DNA of 64,000 bases from Takakia lepidozioides (taxonomy: Eukaryota; Plantae; Bryophyta): assembly GCA_030704615.1 (NCBI GenBank), contig CM060733.1, forward strand, positions 39,060,001-39,124,000. The letters run 5' to 3'. The notes under the pieces are model-generated. The model searched no databases. It worked only from the letters and a program-made list of their open reading frames with translations, and was not told the DNA's origin. The position numbers were made by a program, and so were the translations under genes. Below, one piece after another: positions 48,516 through 60,216 of this stretch. Positions within the stretch are counted from its first letter, which is position 1; each line of letters begins with the position of its first letter.

Positions 48516-51500
48516 ATGCGGGGGTGCAATATTCGAGCTCTGTGGATTCTCGATCATCACTTCAACGTTGTCTTCTCAAGGTGCTCGATCCTTCCTACAT
48601 CTGTTAAAAATTTGCTAATGTGAATTTGTGCTTGCCTTGTTTTAATTTTTCCTCATGGATCATCTTCAGCTAAACAAGTGTCTTCAACCAGCTAAATTTT
48701 GTTTGACACTTCAGCCATCGCATGTTGGATGAGGAAGGGCAGGCGGTTACCGACAGTGGAAAGGCAATGGAAGCAGGCATGCGAGAGGCAGCAGGAAGCA
48801 GGGGTGCGCTATCAGGCTATCCCCTTCGATGCACGAGTTGCCCTGATCACAGTTTGTCTGCACTTATGCTGGACTTGCCCTGCATCACTGGGCAATGAGT
48901 GTAGGTTTTCCAAATCAGCCTTTCTTCATTTTCTCTATTGGATAGGCTCCCTGCCGCTGAGTGTTGCACACGTTTGTCCTTGAATTGTATGGGTAATAAT
49001 GTTAGGCGTCTACTGAAGCAGTTGGATGTCTCATCATGATGTAGCATGGGTTTGCAACTTGTTGTTTGGCATTTTGCACAAGAGCTTGAGATCAGGGGGA
49101 TGACTACTATCTAATCAAGTCTCAGTGGCTTGTATCGGCATGTCTAATGTCCATTTATGCTCTGTACAAGGCAGGGTCAACTTAATGGTTGGACAGACCA
49201 TTGTGAGATCTCTTCTTTTGGTTTAAAAATAGTGACTGGCATATGGTGGTTCTTTATGGCACTTTGTTGGTTGTTGTGAGGTAATGTTTGGAATCTGAAA
49301 GCGAGAAATGGTGCTGAGGGCGCGGTCTTCTGCAGGGCCTTGGCTGTGGGACAAACCCTAGGAGATGTGGTGAGTGGGGAAGTGTTTGAACCAGAAATGT
49401 TCACTGCTGCTGCACCCACCATGGGAGGTCTTTTGGACAGTTTAACTGGGGGAATGGGCATGGGAATTTCTGGCATCACAGCTCGTGCAAAGCCTGTGGC
49501 AGTGCCAGTAGCAGCTGCGGCAAGTGCAGTGGCTGCTGCAGCTGCCACTGCAACCTCTGCTATAACAGGATCAGGGGGCAAGGTCAATTTGAAGTCGGCA
49601 GACAAGGAGGCCTTACGCAGCTTCATCAGCAGTGCAATGCCGTTTGGTGAGTATATTCTTAGACTCACTTCCTTCAATTGTTGTGCAAGCCAAACTCAAA
49701 TGCTAATTCTGCTTGTGTTGCTTGAGAGACAAGCAAGAACGTCACTTACCCTTTATGGCACAACCCAAGCACAGCAAGTAACGGAAACGTGGCAGCTCAG
49801 CACTGATGATGACCTCCAGTTTATGATAGGAGTATGCAATACATGTACTGTGGTCAGTGATTATGTTTTCGGTAGGTTGTCAGTAACTCGGTGAATGTGG
49901 TGCATGCCAGGGACTCCACTGGATCTGAACCCAGTCAATCTGGCAGCAGTGAGGTCCAACGGATTCTCAGCATTGGATGTGCCGCCCTCAGACCTAAAAC
50001 AGCCAGCATGGAAGCCTTATCTGTACAGAGGAAAGCAGCGAATGTTGTTTACAGTGCATGAAGTGGTGACTGCGGTTTTGTATGATCGGGATGATGTAGA
50101 GGACTCCATATCGCTGGTGGGCCAGTTGTTGTGTCGGGCAGATTTGGAAGGTTTACCGGACTGTACACTTCCACTCCATTGTCCATCTTCTTCCCACTTA
50201 GATGCTCTCACATTCCATCCATGTGCTCTCTCACCTGAGCAAGGAGTGGATAAGCAGACGATTACGTTTTTGCCTCCCTTGGGCAACTTTGTGCTTGCCC
50301 GCTACACGGCTTTGCCATCAGCCATTCGCCTCCTCTACATGGGTTCTATCAGCTCTCAATGGTGTCTGAAGATGAAGGAGCATTTCTGATTCGAATGAGA
50401 GTGATGGAGGGATACAAGGCACCTATGACCATGGAGCAATGCTCACTGTCCATACCATTCCCTCGACGCAGGATTATTGCAGTGGATGGGAACCCCTCTG
50501 TAGGCACTCTTTCCACAACAGAGCACTCCATTGAATGGAAAATTGTTGTGAGTGGGAGGGGGATGGCATCCAAAAGCACAGAGGTGATGTTCCCAGGAAC
50601 AGTTAAGTTTGCTCCTAATCTGGCTGGTCGTATGAAGAGCACATTTGGCAGTGATGCATCAAGGGAGGAAGAAAGTGATGCGGAAATGGATTTGCACAAC
50701 AGTGACAATATTATGAAAGGAGACACAGGTCTTCAGGCAGCTGATTGGGAGGAACCTCTTTGTTGGGAGGCATATAGCTACGCAAAAGTATTTCTCTCTG
50801 GGTCCCTGCTTTTGCTTGCAACTGTCTGTTTATCTTTTTCCCGGAGGTCTTTTTCCCTCTCTAATCTAGTTTGTAAATCTCTGCAAGAGGGATTTTTCAT
50901 ATTTACATAATCCAACATGGATTGATCATAAGTAATCAGCATCTCTAATTCTGCTGGCATGGGAAAGTGATGTTTCGGCTGTGCTATCGTGGCTGTTTTT
51001 GTCCTTCCATGAACAATATAGGCCTCGATTTAGCTTGTCGGGGGAACTATGTCAGGCATCTCTGTTGACCCAAAGACGGTAACACAGTATCTTCAGCTCT
51101 GCTTTCTTCATTGCTATCCAGGACAAATCCAGCGATAGTCGTCATGAAGCTGCAGGCTGGTGTATTTTGTGTATGGATGGGCAGTATAGTACTTTCATGG
51201 TGTCATCATATGATAGATTCAATTTAAGTCAAGTATGTGCAACAAATGGAATGGCAGACTCTAGTGAAGGTACTTTGTATCTTGGTGGGTGTAAGAAATT
51301 GTCTTTATTGCATTCAGGTTGCAGTTTATCCTTCAGTAAAGGCAACTTGTGATTTTTCTGCTCAGGTAAAACCAGATACTTCATCTACAGTCCTGCTTTG
51401 CTTTTCATGGTAGATTATGTGTTACATGTGCGCTGTTTTGGTTTGGTTAGCTGCTGGGCCCTTCAATTCCGATCTTGACTTTTTCTGACACGAGGGGAGG

Positions 51501-51695
51501 ATGGATGAGTCAACCATGTTTGCTTGCTGCTATGGATTGAAAGTACCAGACCTAAATATTGAGGCGAATGGACACTGAGGATTGTTTGCACTATTTCTGG
51601 TGTTTTGGCATGATGTAATGCAGGTTGTATCAGGAGAATACATATTCTGGAACTCCCTTGTCAAATATCCACATGCTGTTCTGCCAACATTATAG
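48516..51695 (+). pseudogene. AP5M1: AP-5 complex subunit mu (AP5M1) pseudogene with exon-intron structure retained
   Basis: MRGCNIRALWIL..VVFSR|RLPTVERQW; DKEALRSFISSAMPFG|TPLDL; KQPAWKPYLYRGKQR; SGEYIFWNSL. Lesions: internal deletion plus frameshift near 48840, GC donor at 48892, a 1-bp frameshift near 50330 and an in-frame TAG at 51031-51033. Confidence 0.88.
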
Positions 51696-51894
51696 GTGTC
51701 TGGGATATATATTATGACAAAAGGATCATATGGAACTTCTGGCAATGTCAAACGCAACCATTGGACCAGCATGGGTTGGGTTTGATATGGCTTCATTCTT
51801 CAAAGCTGGGCCTTCATGTGATCAAATGGCCTGTCAACAAACTGCCTCTGGGAAACCAGTTACTTGAAACAGAGGATTGGGTGCCCACAACCGT

Positions 51895-52726
51895 CAACTC
51901 CCTTTGCATCCTCTATATGCTCCCGCATTTGGCATACATGTCAATGAGGGTAGTAGTCAGAAACATATTTGGTACAATTCAGGTTTCACAATGTCATCAT
52001 GGACCTGTCTGCCCTTTTCCAGGTCTGCCAGGCAGGTACACGCCTTGAGAACAGAAATGAATGTGACCTGGTTGGGCATCATCCCTTCCTGTGTCATTTG
52101 CTCATGGTCTCCAAGGCATTCCTACCAGAACCATGTGTGTATATTCACAATATTCCACGTGATCATTGACTAGGGTGTTGGTTTGAATCCAGTTTGGATA
52201 ATTAGGGAGTGCACTTGCTTTCCTGCTGCCAGGCCTTTTGTCTTGATGCAGTTATTCAAGAGACACATGTAAGTATCCAAATCTGCTGAAAGGCCTCCTG
52301 ATTCAAAATGTGCAGAGCTTCTTTCAGGTGTCCTGCTTCACATAGTGTCCCCACCAGCCCATAATTGCCAGAAGAGATCTTGTGGACTTCCTTTCTTGGT
52401 CCTCTTTTGAAATAGGTGGACATGGTGAAGGTGCCTGATTTTCTGGACTGTGCTGCTGCTGCTTCCAGATGACCATCTGCCTGTGCAGGTTTCTTGTGGC
52501 TATGAATCCACAGTGCCTCACTGGTACTCGTGCTTTGAAATCTAACCTCCTCGAATGGATCTGGACCCACATTCCATACCTGCCTTCTTTCAGCTATTCC
52601 TGCCTCGACAACAAAAATGTGTAGATCCTCCTCCTTGCTCCTAGCACCTGACATTGACAACCTGATCTTATTTAGCAAACACCCCACCTTCAATCCCCGT
52701 GTTATGAGACATCTCCAAGCCTTCAC
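51895..52726 (-). pseudogene. PLS-class PPR pseudogene
   Basis: TLCEAGHLKEALHIL, then frameshifted DTYMCLLNNC..GKQVHSLIIQTGF and EGMMPNQVTFISVLKAC..LEKGRQVH, with stops and deletions. Confidence 0.85.
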
Positions 52727-53476
52727 GATGATCTAACGACTAGTTTGAAGACAGCTTCATGCCTATCAAGTATAATTGCCCGGATTTGACCCCACGCCAT
52801 CTCTTATATTGTATGAAGTATACTTATTCAGTAGAATCAACCGCAGCAGAACACCTGTGGCCCCAAGTTATTATCTGCTAGCACCCGATCCCTCAGAGGT
52901 GTGATTGGGCAGTTCCATTTCAAGTGAACTCAGACACCAAACTGCTGTCAGGAAAGACTGAATATTTGCAGTCAACCCCCAACAAGACATCACCCAAACG
53001 TGCTAAGATGGTCGCATTCGTCGAGAGTGTTGTGAACACTTCCACGAACTGCCTACAATTCTTTGTTGCCGCAATCCGAGAGAAAAGCATCTGGGATTCG
53101 CCTCCAAGACGCAAGAATCTCTAACCGTGCTAAAACCCCCACTGCACGTCACTTACTCGATGAAATTTTCGGGCCACGCAGTAGCAGCTGTGCATACCAG
53201 TCTTCATTTTGATCACCCACAACATTCTTGATCCAAAGCATTGTCTTCTGAAAGGCAGGCCTGCGCGTACTAAGTTTTAATACCTTACGTACCTAACCGA
53301 TTCGAACCGATTGACACGATTCAACGGGAGAAGGCGTGGCTTGATCACGGGCTCCCGCGAGACCCATCAGCGAAGCAGGTGGATTGTAAGAGAACTAGAC
53401 GAGGTCCCGTCGTCCCGTCTGCCTAAGGCGGTCCGACGGACGCGCCAGGATCAATTACGAATTGTTAGGGTGAGCA

Positions 53477-55955
53477 ATGAGGCTGTCCATGGTGCAGGCG
53501 TTGTCTACTCGGCAAGTCTGTGATTGCTCTTGGCCTTGGGTGGTCCCCTCAGAGACCCTCTTACCACAGCAGCATTCGGGGGACATGAAGAAGAAGAAGC
53601 AAGCTAAAATGCCTGCGAGGCCTGCGAGGCAACGTGTAGATCTTCCAAAGCTCTTGGATCGTCTGCCTGCCAATTCCAACGGTATGGTCTTCATTCTCTG
53701 CTTTGGTGCCACTTTCGTTACAATTTCACATTTGTAGCCGGCTCAGCAAAGCCGACTGATTACCTCTGCAGGAGAGCTGCCCTGGGTTTCCACAAGGAAG
53801 TTCAGCACACTATGCTCACAATTTTTCCAGCATGTGAACAATCCAAGTCCAGTGCCCAGACCGAGTTCTATAGTGAATGACTGAGCAGGTGTATTCGGTC
53901 CAATACAGCAATCTGGGTATTAAGTATACAAAGGAGCTAGAGCCTTTGTTGAAATTCCAGCTACTTTAGATACCAGCATGTAGGTCTGAGACAGCATGCA
54001 AAGAATTTTGAAGACTGGATGGACTGCTGGGCAGGTCCAGGGGCAAGGCTGGAAAGTACGCACGTATGGCTGCCACCACCTCCTCGAGTGGAGAAGCCAC
54101 GAGCCGTGCATAATGCAGCTTCCCTTGCATACTTGGGTGATGCTATTTATGAGGTTCTTGTTTCTGGCATTTCTCAATCTGAGTTTGTACAATTGGTTAA
54201 GACTAGTAAATTCTGTCTGGTGAGGTGGGGAAATGTTGACATGAGAGGGATGGGTGTTGGCAGATGTATGTGCGGTGCCATTTTTTGACACCCCCACAAA
54301 GTTTAGACAAGTACAACAGCCGTGTCATGGCCTTGGTATGCTGTGAAGCACAGGTTTGTATGACGAGACCCCTCAAGTCGAAATGGCTGTTAATTGCACT
54401 AGGTATGTGGTTTCAGGATCCCTGGTCCTTCCTGGTAACAATGTTGGTTCAAGGACTTTGTCTGGAATAGTACTGTCATCAGTACATATGACTCAGACAC
54501 TCAGCAGGCTATGGTGGTCTGATTGTAGTGAATTTCCTGCTCTGTTTGGATCAGAACAACTAGACATGCTGTTTCATGCTCTAGTGCATAATCAGCTTCC
54601 TTCAAATATCTTGTAGGAATTTGGTGGTAGTCAAAGCAAGCAAGGTGCAGATGAATGGTGTTGACATCTTGTAGAACTTGGCAGGATGCGTTGCTGCGGC
54701 GCTTAGTCAAGGATGACTTCCTTTCAGATGAAGAGAGGTAGCAGCATCCTGACTATGACATGAGTGGGTGAATCAATATTTGCACCATGCAATAGTCAGA
54801 TCCCAAATCACCGGATGCTTGGAGTGTATGATACAGAACACCTTTACTATGGACTTAAGACTGGTTACCATGCAACCAATATGATGTTGTTTGTGGTCCA
54901 CTATCTATTTTATAAGAGGTTTGGAAATTTGGTTGAAATGCCAGTTCCCTACCCAACCCAAACTCTATCCGGAATTTGGGCTCCTGAAATCCAAACCCCT
55001 CCCCTTTCAAATGGCTACCACATCCTGTGATTAGGCCACGTTTGAGTATTTATAGTGTGTGTGGCATTGAATGTGTAGGATGTAAAGTGGATGGTAACTT
55101 ACCACAACCAGGAATTGGGGTGGTTGGCAGGAATGTGGTCAGGTGGGGAAAGAACGTTGAATCAGGGCAAAGACGTGCAACGAGGCGAGCTGGAGCAGCA
55201 GTGTACAGTAGTGCATCATCCTTGGAAACTCTCGTAAGGCCCATCTTCTCTCCTTCTGTTGTGCCCTTGAAGAGAAAAGGCTGGACTTTTGCTACTCCAC
55301 TACTGCTAATTGATGTAAAATATCTACCCTAGAATTGTTTGAGTCGTCATTGTGATTTATGTGGGAAACTAGGCAGGCGGCCAATTTCAACCTGACAACT
55401 CCATCATGAGTTCGGATAAGGCCTCCTGCTGTACAAAACATCAGAACGTTTTTGGAGTAAAAGGCATATCAACTTCTCTATGCTAAGAACATAGCCAGAG
55501 AAAGAATAAGGAATTTATTGCATCTGCAGGAGGCTCGAAGGAACACCGATAGAAAAATAATGAACAACAAAGAACAAGAGAAGGAGGTCTAAATGTCTCT
55601 GCCATGAGGAGCAGCCACTGGAAAGGGGTGGAGATAAGTACTTAATGAGGCACCTTCCCAATGCATTGACAAAGGCAGCAAGGGTGCATGTAAGTATCAA
55701 TTGGCTTGTGGGTTGGATTCTGAGTATTGTAATGCAGAATAGAATTAACTGAGAAGTGTGATATGTCGGTATGGTGTGCAGATAGGATATCTTTATCTGA
55801 ACAATGGGCTACGGCTCAAGGAACTCATGGCTAAACTTGGGTTCGGTGATGAGAGCAGCTCCTTGCTTGCTGGGTTAGGCTTCGGTCAATCAACCACAGA
55901 TGGTAGGCCCAGCTCACAACAACCACATCCACTTTCTAATGCAACCGAACCTTAG
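53477..55955 (+). CDS. Mini-ribonuclease III (plant RNC3/RNC4 type, probably plastid targeted)
   Basis: Exons 53477-53681, 54035-54153, 54264-54353, 54685-54737, 55131-55233 and 55782-55955. KPRAVHNAASLAYLGDAIYE|MYVR.HFL.PP; V.CEAQ|DALL; EER|NVVRWGKN; AVYSSASSLETL|IGYLYL. Confidence 0.93.
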
Positions 55956-57194
55956 AGGTTTAATAAATTTGAGAAGCCCTGATGGTGTCCAAGATAACAG
56001 ACTGGGATGCCATACTGAACATTTCCCTGTATTGTTCTGGAATAGCAAGATCTGCCTCAGCAGATGTCTTGGTGAAGCCTCATTTTTCTCTCAATTTTCA
56101 TCCATTAGATTTTATATACTCATCTATGTAAAATCTATCATCACTAATATTGCTACAGGATGGAATTCTGGCCCTTCCATGTCCAGTAGGTGCTAAAGTC
56201 TCACTCCTCTTCAGCTGCAACTGTGGCCACTTCTCCCTATTTAATTGCTGGCGGCCGCACTCCCTAGAGCCATTGTCAATGTCATCGGTTGTCTCCAATG
56301 AGTGTCTTCTCGACCAAAGCTGGCCAAAGGAGGTGCTTGAACACTTGGATGCCATGTTTGAGAGTTTCTTAATAAACTGCCACATGTGACTACACCATTC
56401 ATTATGCAAAATCACCCAGCCCAAATTATAGCAGACACAGAGAGACACAAACAACAGACTAGAATACTTTCCCGTTGCTCTTCTGCCCGAAAGAATCACA
56501 ACCACTGTTCAGTTGATACCGTTAATACCTTCCCTGATAGGCATATGACAGGCTAACAGACGCCCAACAGACGACATGACAGGCCTGCAGCCCTTTGTGC
56601 AACGACATACCGAAACTGAAGCGTTCAGTTCAATTGATGGCCTTTATTGGTGTAGCAACTACAAATTGCTGGAGCAGTCAAAGAATAAGAATATGAAGCT
56701 CAAGGGGTGAACTCCTCAATGTCCACCACGGTCCCAGCTTAGTTGTGGCAACCAGTAGGCACGCCATGTGGTTCACAAAACCTGGTTGAGGGCATTTGTA
56801 GCATTTGTGTCTGACAAGTTGTTGTAGGTGTTCATCAAGCTGGTGCCCCTATTTATGGTGGCCCTCTCTCTCCACATTCATTTTGTAAAGAAGTTGAAGC
56901 AAATGCATATGATCAATCCGCCTGTTCACTCAATTTGCAACCTCTTTCAAAACGCTTTTGCAGTTGTTGTTTAGGGTTTAGGCCCGTCTTTGACAGCAAG
57001 CTGATTGAACCACTCAGAAGCCTCATGATGTGTTACAAGAGGTGGTCGAAAGTCCACCAGGTGCTACGTATGATTTAATATCACAATTTCAGCAATACAA
57101 CTTTCCCGGTGGACAGGTGCAAATGATGACCTTGCCTCTCAACCGTAGGCCCTTCTTCGCAATGTTGAGTGCATTTTTCAGCTTGCAAGAACTG

Positions 57195-57620
57195 TCAAAA
57201 GCAGCAGTCACAGTCGAATGGGCACAGTGGTGTCCCGCCAGCATCCTTCTTGTCCAAACCGAGGTCCGCCTCCCTGTAGATAGTAAACCCGTCCTCCGTC
57301 TTCTTCCGAGGCTTTGATGGGCCGGAGGGACTTTTCAAAGGGGTAGCTTTCGAGCTTGAATCTTTTGCCTTCATCTTTCTCCTTGTACCAACAGTCCCAT
57401 TCAGCTGCGCCTCGCCATCACGAACCTTCCCCTCACCCGAACAATCTCGCTTTCTACCTGTCTTGTCTGTACCATTGCCTCCTCCATCAATCTCTGCGGG
57501 GGGCTTTTTCCTCTTCTTTTGGCCGAAGATTGCATCAATCTCACTCCCAGACTTCTCCTTCTCGGCAACCGGGAGGGGTGAAGGTGATGACCCCGGAGCC
57601 TTTCTCCCTTTACCTCCCAT
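57195..57620 (-). CDS. DUF1764 family protein
   Basis: EIDAIFGQKKRK...PRKKTEDGFTIYREADLGL...AGGTPLCPFDCDCCF C-terminal signature. Confidence 0.92.
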   Translation of the reverse strand: MGGKGRKAPGSSPSPLPVAEKEKSGSEIDAIFGQKKRKKPPAEIDGGGNGTDKTGRKRDCSGEGKVRDGEAQLNGTVGTRRKMKAKDSSSKATPLKSPSGPSKPRKKTEDGFTIYREADLGLDKKDAGGTPLCPFDCDCCF

Positions 57621-57689
57621 AACTTACATTGTCCAACACGCACACAAGAGCGACGGCTGAAGGTCGGAGGCTACATTAGCGTAGAGCAG

Positions 57690-57846
57690 GAATAGGGTGT
57701 CAAAGTAGACACGTCATCATTGCCACGTCGTCGTCATCTGCCACGTCATCGTCGTGGAATAGGGTGTCATCGTCACCACGTCATCGTAGACACGCTACGT
57801 CGTCGTCATCAGCCACGTCATCGTCAGCCACGTCATCGTCGTCATT
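57690..57846. repeat. Degenerate CCACGTCATCGTC repeat array upstream of the DUF1764 gene
   Basis: About 6-7 copies of ACGTC(A/G)TC, plus ggaatagggtgtca twice. Confidence 0.8.
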
Positions 57847-57891
57847 TTTGTGTGGGGGTTGAATCTGAACCTCGCAGAGCAGATATAGAGA

Positions 57892-57914
57892 ATGTACTCG
57901 TAAGCATTGTTTGC
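57892..57914 (-). mobile_element. ~23-nt LINE family A 3'-end stub
   Basis: Minus strand gcaaacaatgcttacgagtacat followed by TCT. No TSD was found. Confidence 0.5.
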
Positions 57915-58189
57915 TCACTACTCTATCCTTGTGTCTGAGCGAAAGGAAATAGATGCTACCTTCGGCGTTGTAGGGGGGCTTCCAAGCCTTTTACAAGTAC
58001 TCCTTTACCTTTGTCAAGTTCCCCTTTCTCAACCTCACTCTCTGCCATCCCCGGCCTTTCCCAAGCAGAGATTTGAGCATCTGTTGACAAGTGGATCTTC
58101 TTGCGGAAACCTGTCTCTGTCTTGTTTCCATGCTTGACTGGCCCGGATATCAAATTACCTGTGGACTTTGACTCAGGAGACAAAGAAGG

Positions 58190-58356
58190 AGCAGACTTCG
58201 TTTGCATACTGAGAGAGCCCTTGTGGTCTCTGAAAGCTGGGATTGTGCCAAATATCATTCACTGCCCTCATCAATATGTATGCTATATATGCGGGAGCCT
58301 TGAGGATGCAAAAAGAGTGTTTGACAAGATGGTTGAACGTGATGTGAGCTGGCATG
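58190..58356 (+). pseudogene. Small PPR fragment
   Basis: KAGIVPN..CGSLEDAKRVFDKMVERDVSW. Confidence 0.75.
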
Positions 58357-59287
58357 AGTTTTTTAAATAGTCTTCACGATGGTGGGACAACCGCAATCGC
58401 AATGTGTGGCTTTTTCTTAATGTACAATGTGAAGAAGTTTGTCCATCCTACAAATTAGTACCATGATTTGGTATTCTTCCTGATGTTTACAAGATTCTTG
58501 GGAGAGTCAGCTTGGTCTTAGTAGGCCGTGTTTCAATAGCTGCCTGCTCAAGTGCACGGTGGTGGTTCTCACAGACCAATCTGACATTACCTAAGTACAG
58601 ACACAAGCACCACATACAAGAGGTCCTTTTGGGTTGATGGTTGGGTCAAATCCTCCATGGGTCATGACACAAGGTCAAGGACAATGTGGTGAGGGCACCT
58701 TCTTCTTCGACCTATTTCAGCCTGTTTTGCCCTCTCATCGGACTCGGCCCGATGCATATTGAATTCTGTAGGACAATATTCCATTTTGATGGGAAATATA
58801 TTTTATCCAAAAAAAACATTATGAACAATACAAAATATAGCGTATGCATATGATCTCATGGTACTTTCGCCAGATTTAGGGGCTCCTCTGGCAAGTCCCA
58901 TGTAAAATCTTTCCCACCTTATTTGACCACGGATTTACTATTAAATACTTTACAATGCATGAGATTGTTAAACATGATGAATAGCCTACTGGAAAGGTGA
59001 TACTAATGGGGGTGATGAGGTTGAAGGTTTGATTCTTGATGGATGGTAACGTCACCCTTGGCTTCTATGGTTCATGTGACCCCCCTAAATTGTGTAATTC
59101 GTCCAATATTTTAAACTTAGCCAAATTTAGACTTAGTCAAATCTCGAGCCTAGGTGTGAGTTATACCAAGTGGAGTTACAATCCCAACCGTGTAACCCCG
59201 AATGGAGCTTCCATTTCTCTCTTGTAAGTCAAATTGGAATTGAAGGGATGATAACTTAAGTACTAGTGGATGGAAATCAATGGACTC

Positions 59288-59737
59288 CAAAGTCGGGTTC
59301 CATGGGCACTCCCAAACGCCCCCCCAAGCAAGCGCCTCCAGAAGGAAGTCGCCCCTAAAAAATCAGACAGGGTGGTTCCATGGACATCTTTCCATTCACC
59401 CCTCTAGAAATCTTTGGCTGTGGGGTAAATGACAATTAATATCAGTTTTGGATGAAAATGTCAAAAAATCATCCCCTCTCATAAAATCTAACTTACTTTG
59501 GATGGAAATCAATAATATTCTGTAAGGCCACGGGCCCCATTGTAGGAAAAGACAAAGGCGTCAGTTAGGGCGCCGTGAAACTTGATCGCCCTTTGCGAAG
59601 GGTCGTCTTTTTTGCGCCCCTTAGCAAGGGGCAATTCATGGGGGGCGGCCCTTAGGGAATTATTTCGACCTATAACGCGTTAGTCCTAGGGGCGATTCAT
59701 GGGGGGCCCTTACAACTGCCCATGGAACCCGGCTCTC
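59288..59737. mobile_element. Degenerate MITE
   Basis: TIR core cgggttccatgggca / tgcccatggaacccg with GCCCC-rich subterminal repeats. No clean TSD. Confidence 0.6.
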
Positions 59738-60216
59738 ATTATGCTGGAGATCAGCCTACCGTCTTATTAGAGATCCGTGCAAGCATTAACTTTATACATT
59801 ATTCCTAGAATTCTTCATTTTTACACGTTATTTTATATTTTACAGTAATAAAAAAATTGGGTGTATTAACCAGTGTTGTGCGGGTATATTGATTTCAATA
59901 TACCCTTAGGGTATAAGTAAATTATTTTTGTCAAATCATTTACCCTCCGTGTATGGATAAATTAACTTTTCAGATTTCTATATAACCCCCGGGTATGGAC
60001 AAAATATACCCTGAGGGTATGAATAGTTTCCGGGTATGGATAATTATTTCAATTAATATATAATTTAATGGTTTTAAAGAATATATGGTGTTCTTCAATA
60101 TGTACAAAACACAAAAAAAACAATTAGGGTAAAAAAGAAAATTGATAAGATATTGCATAATATTTTGGTGTTAATTTCCAATGCAAGATGGAGGAGGTTT
60201 GAGATTTAAAAAAAAC

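Noticed and set aside
3944-55955. Functional cluster of RNA-processing genes (DRB1, Vms1, PPR, Mini-III) near a hairpin locus
   Set aside because: The genes act in different compartments and pathways and are separated by TEs; no evidence beyond chance linkage.
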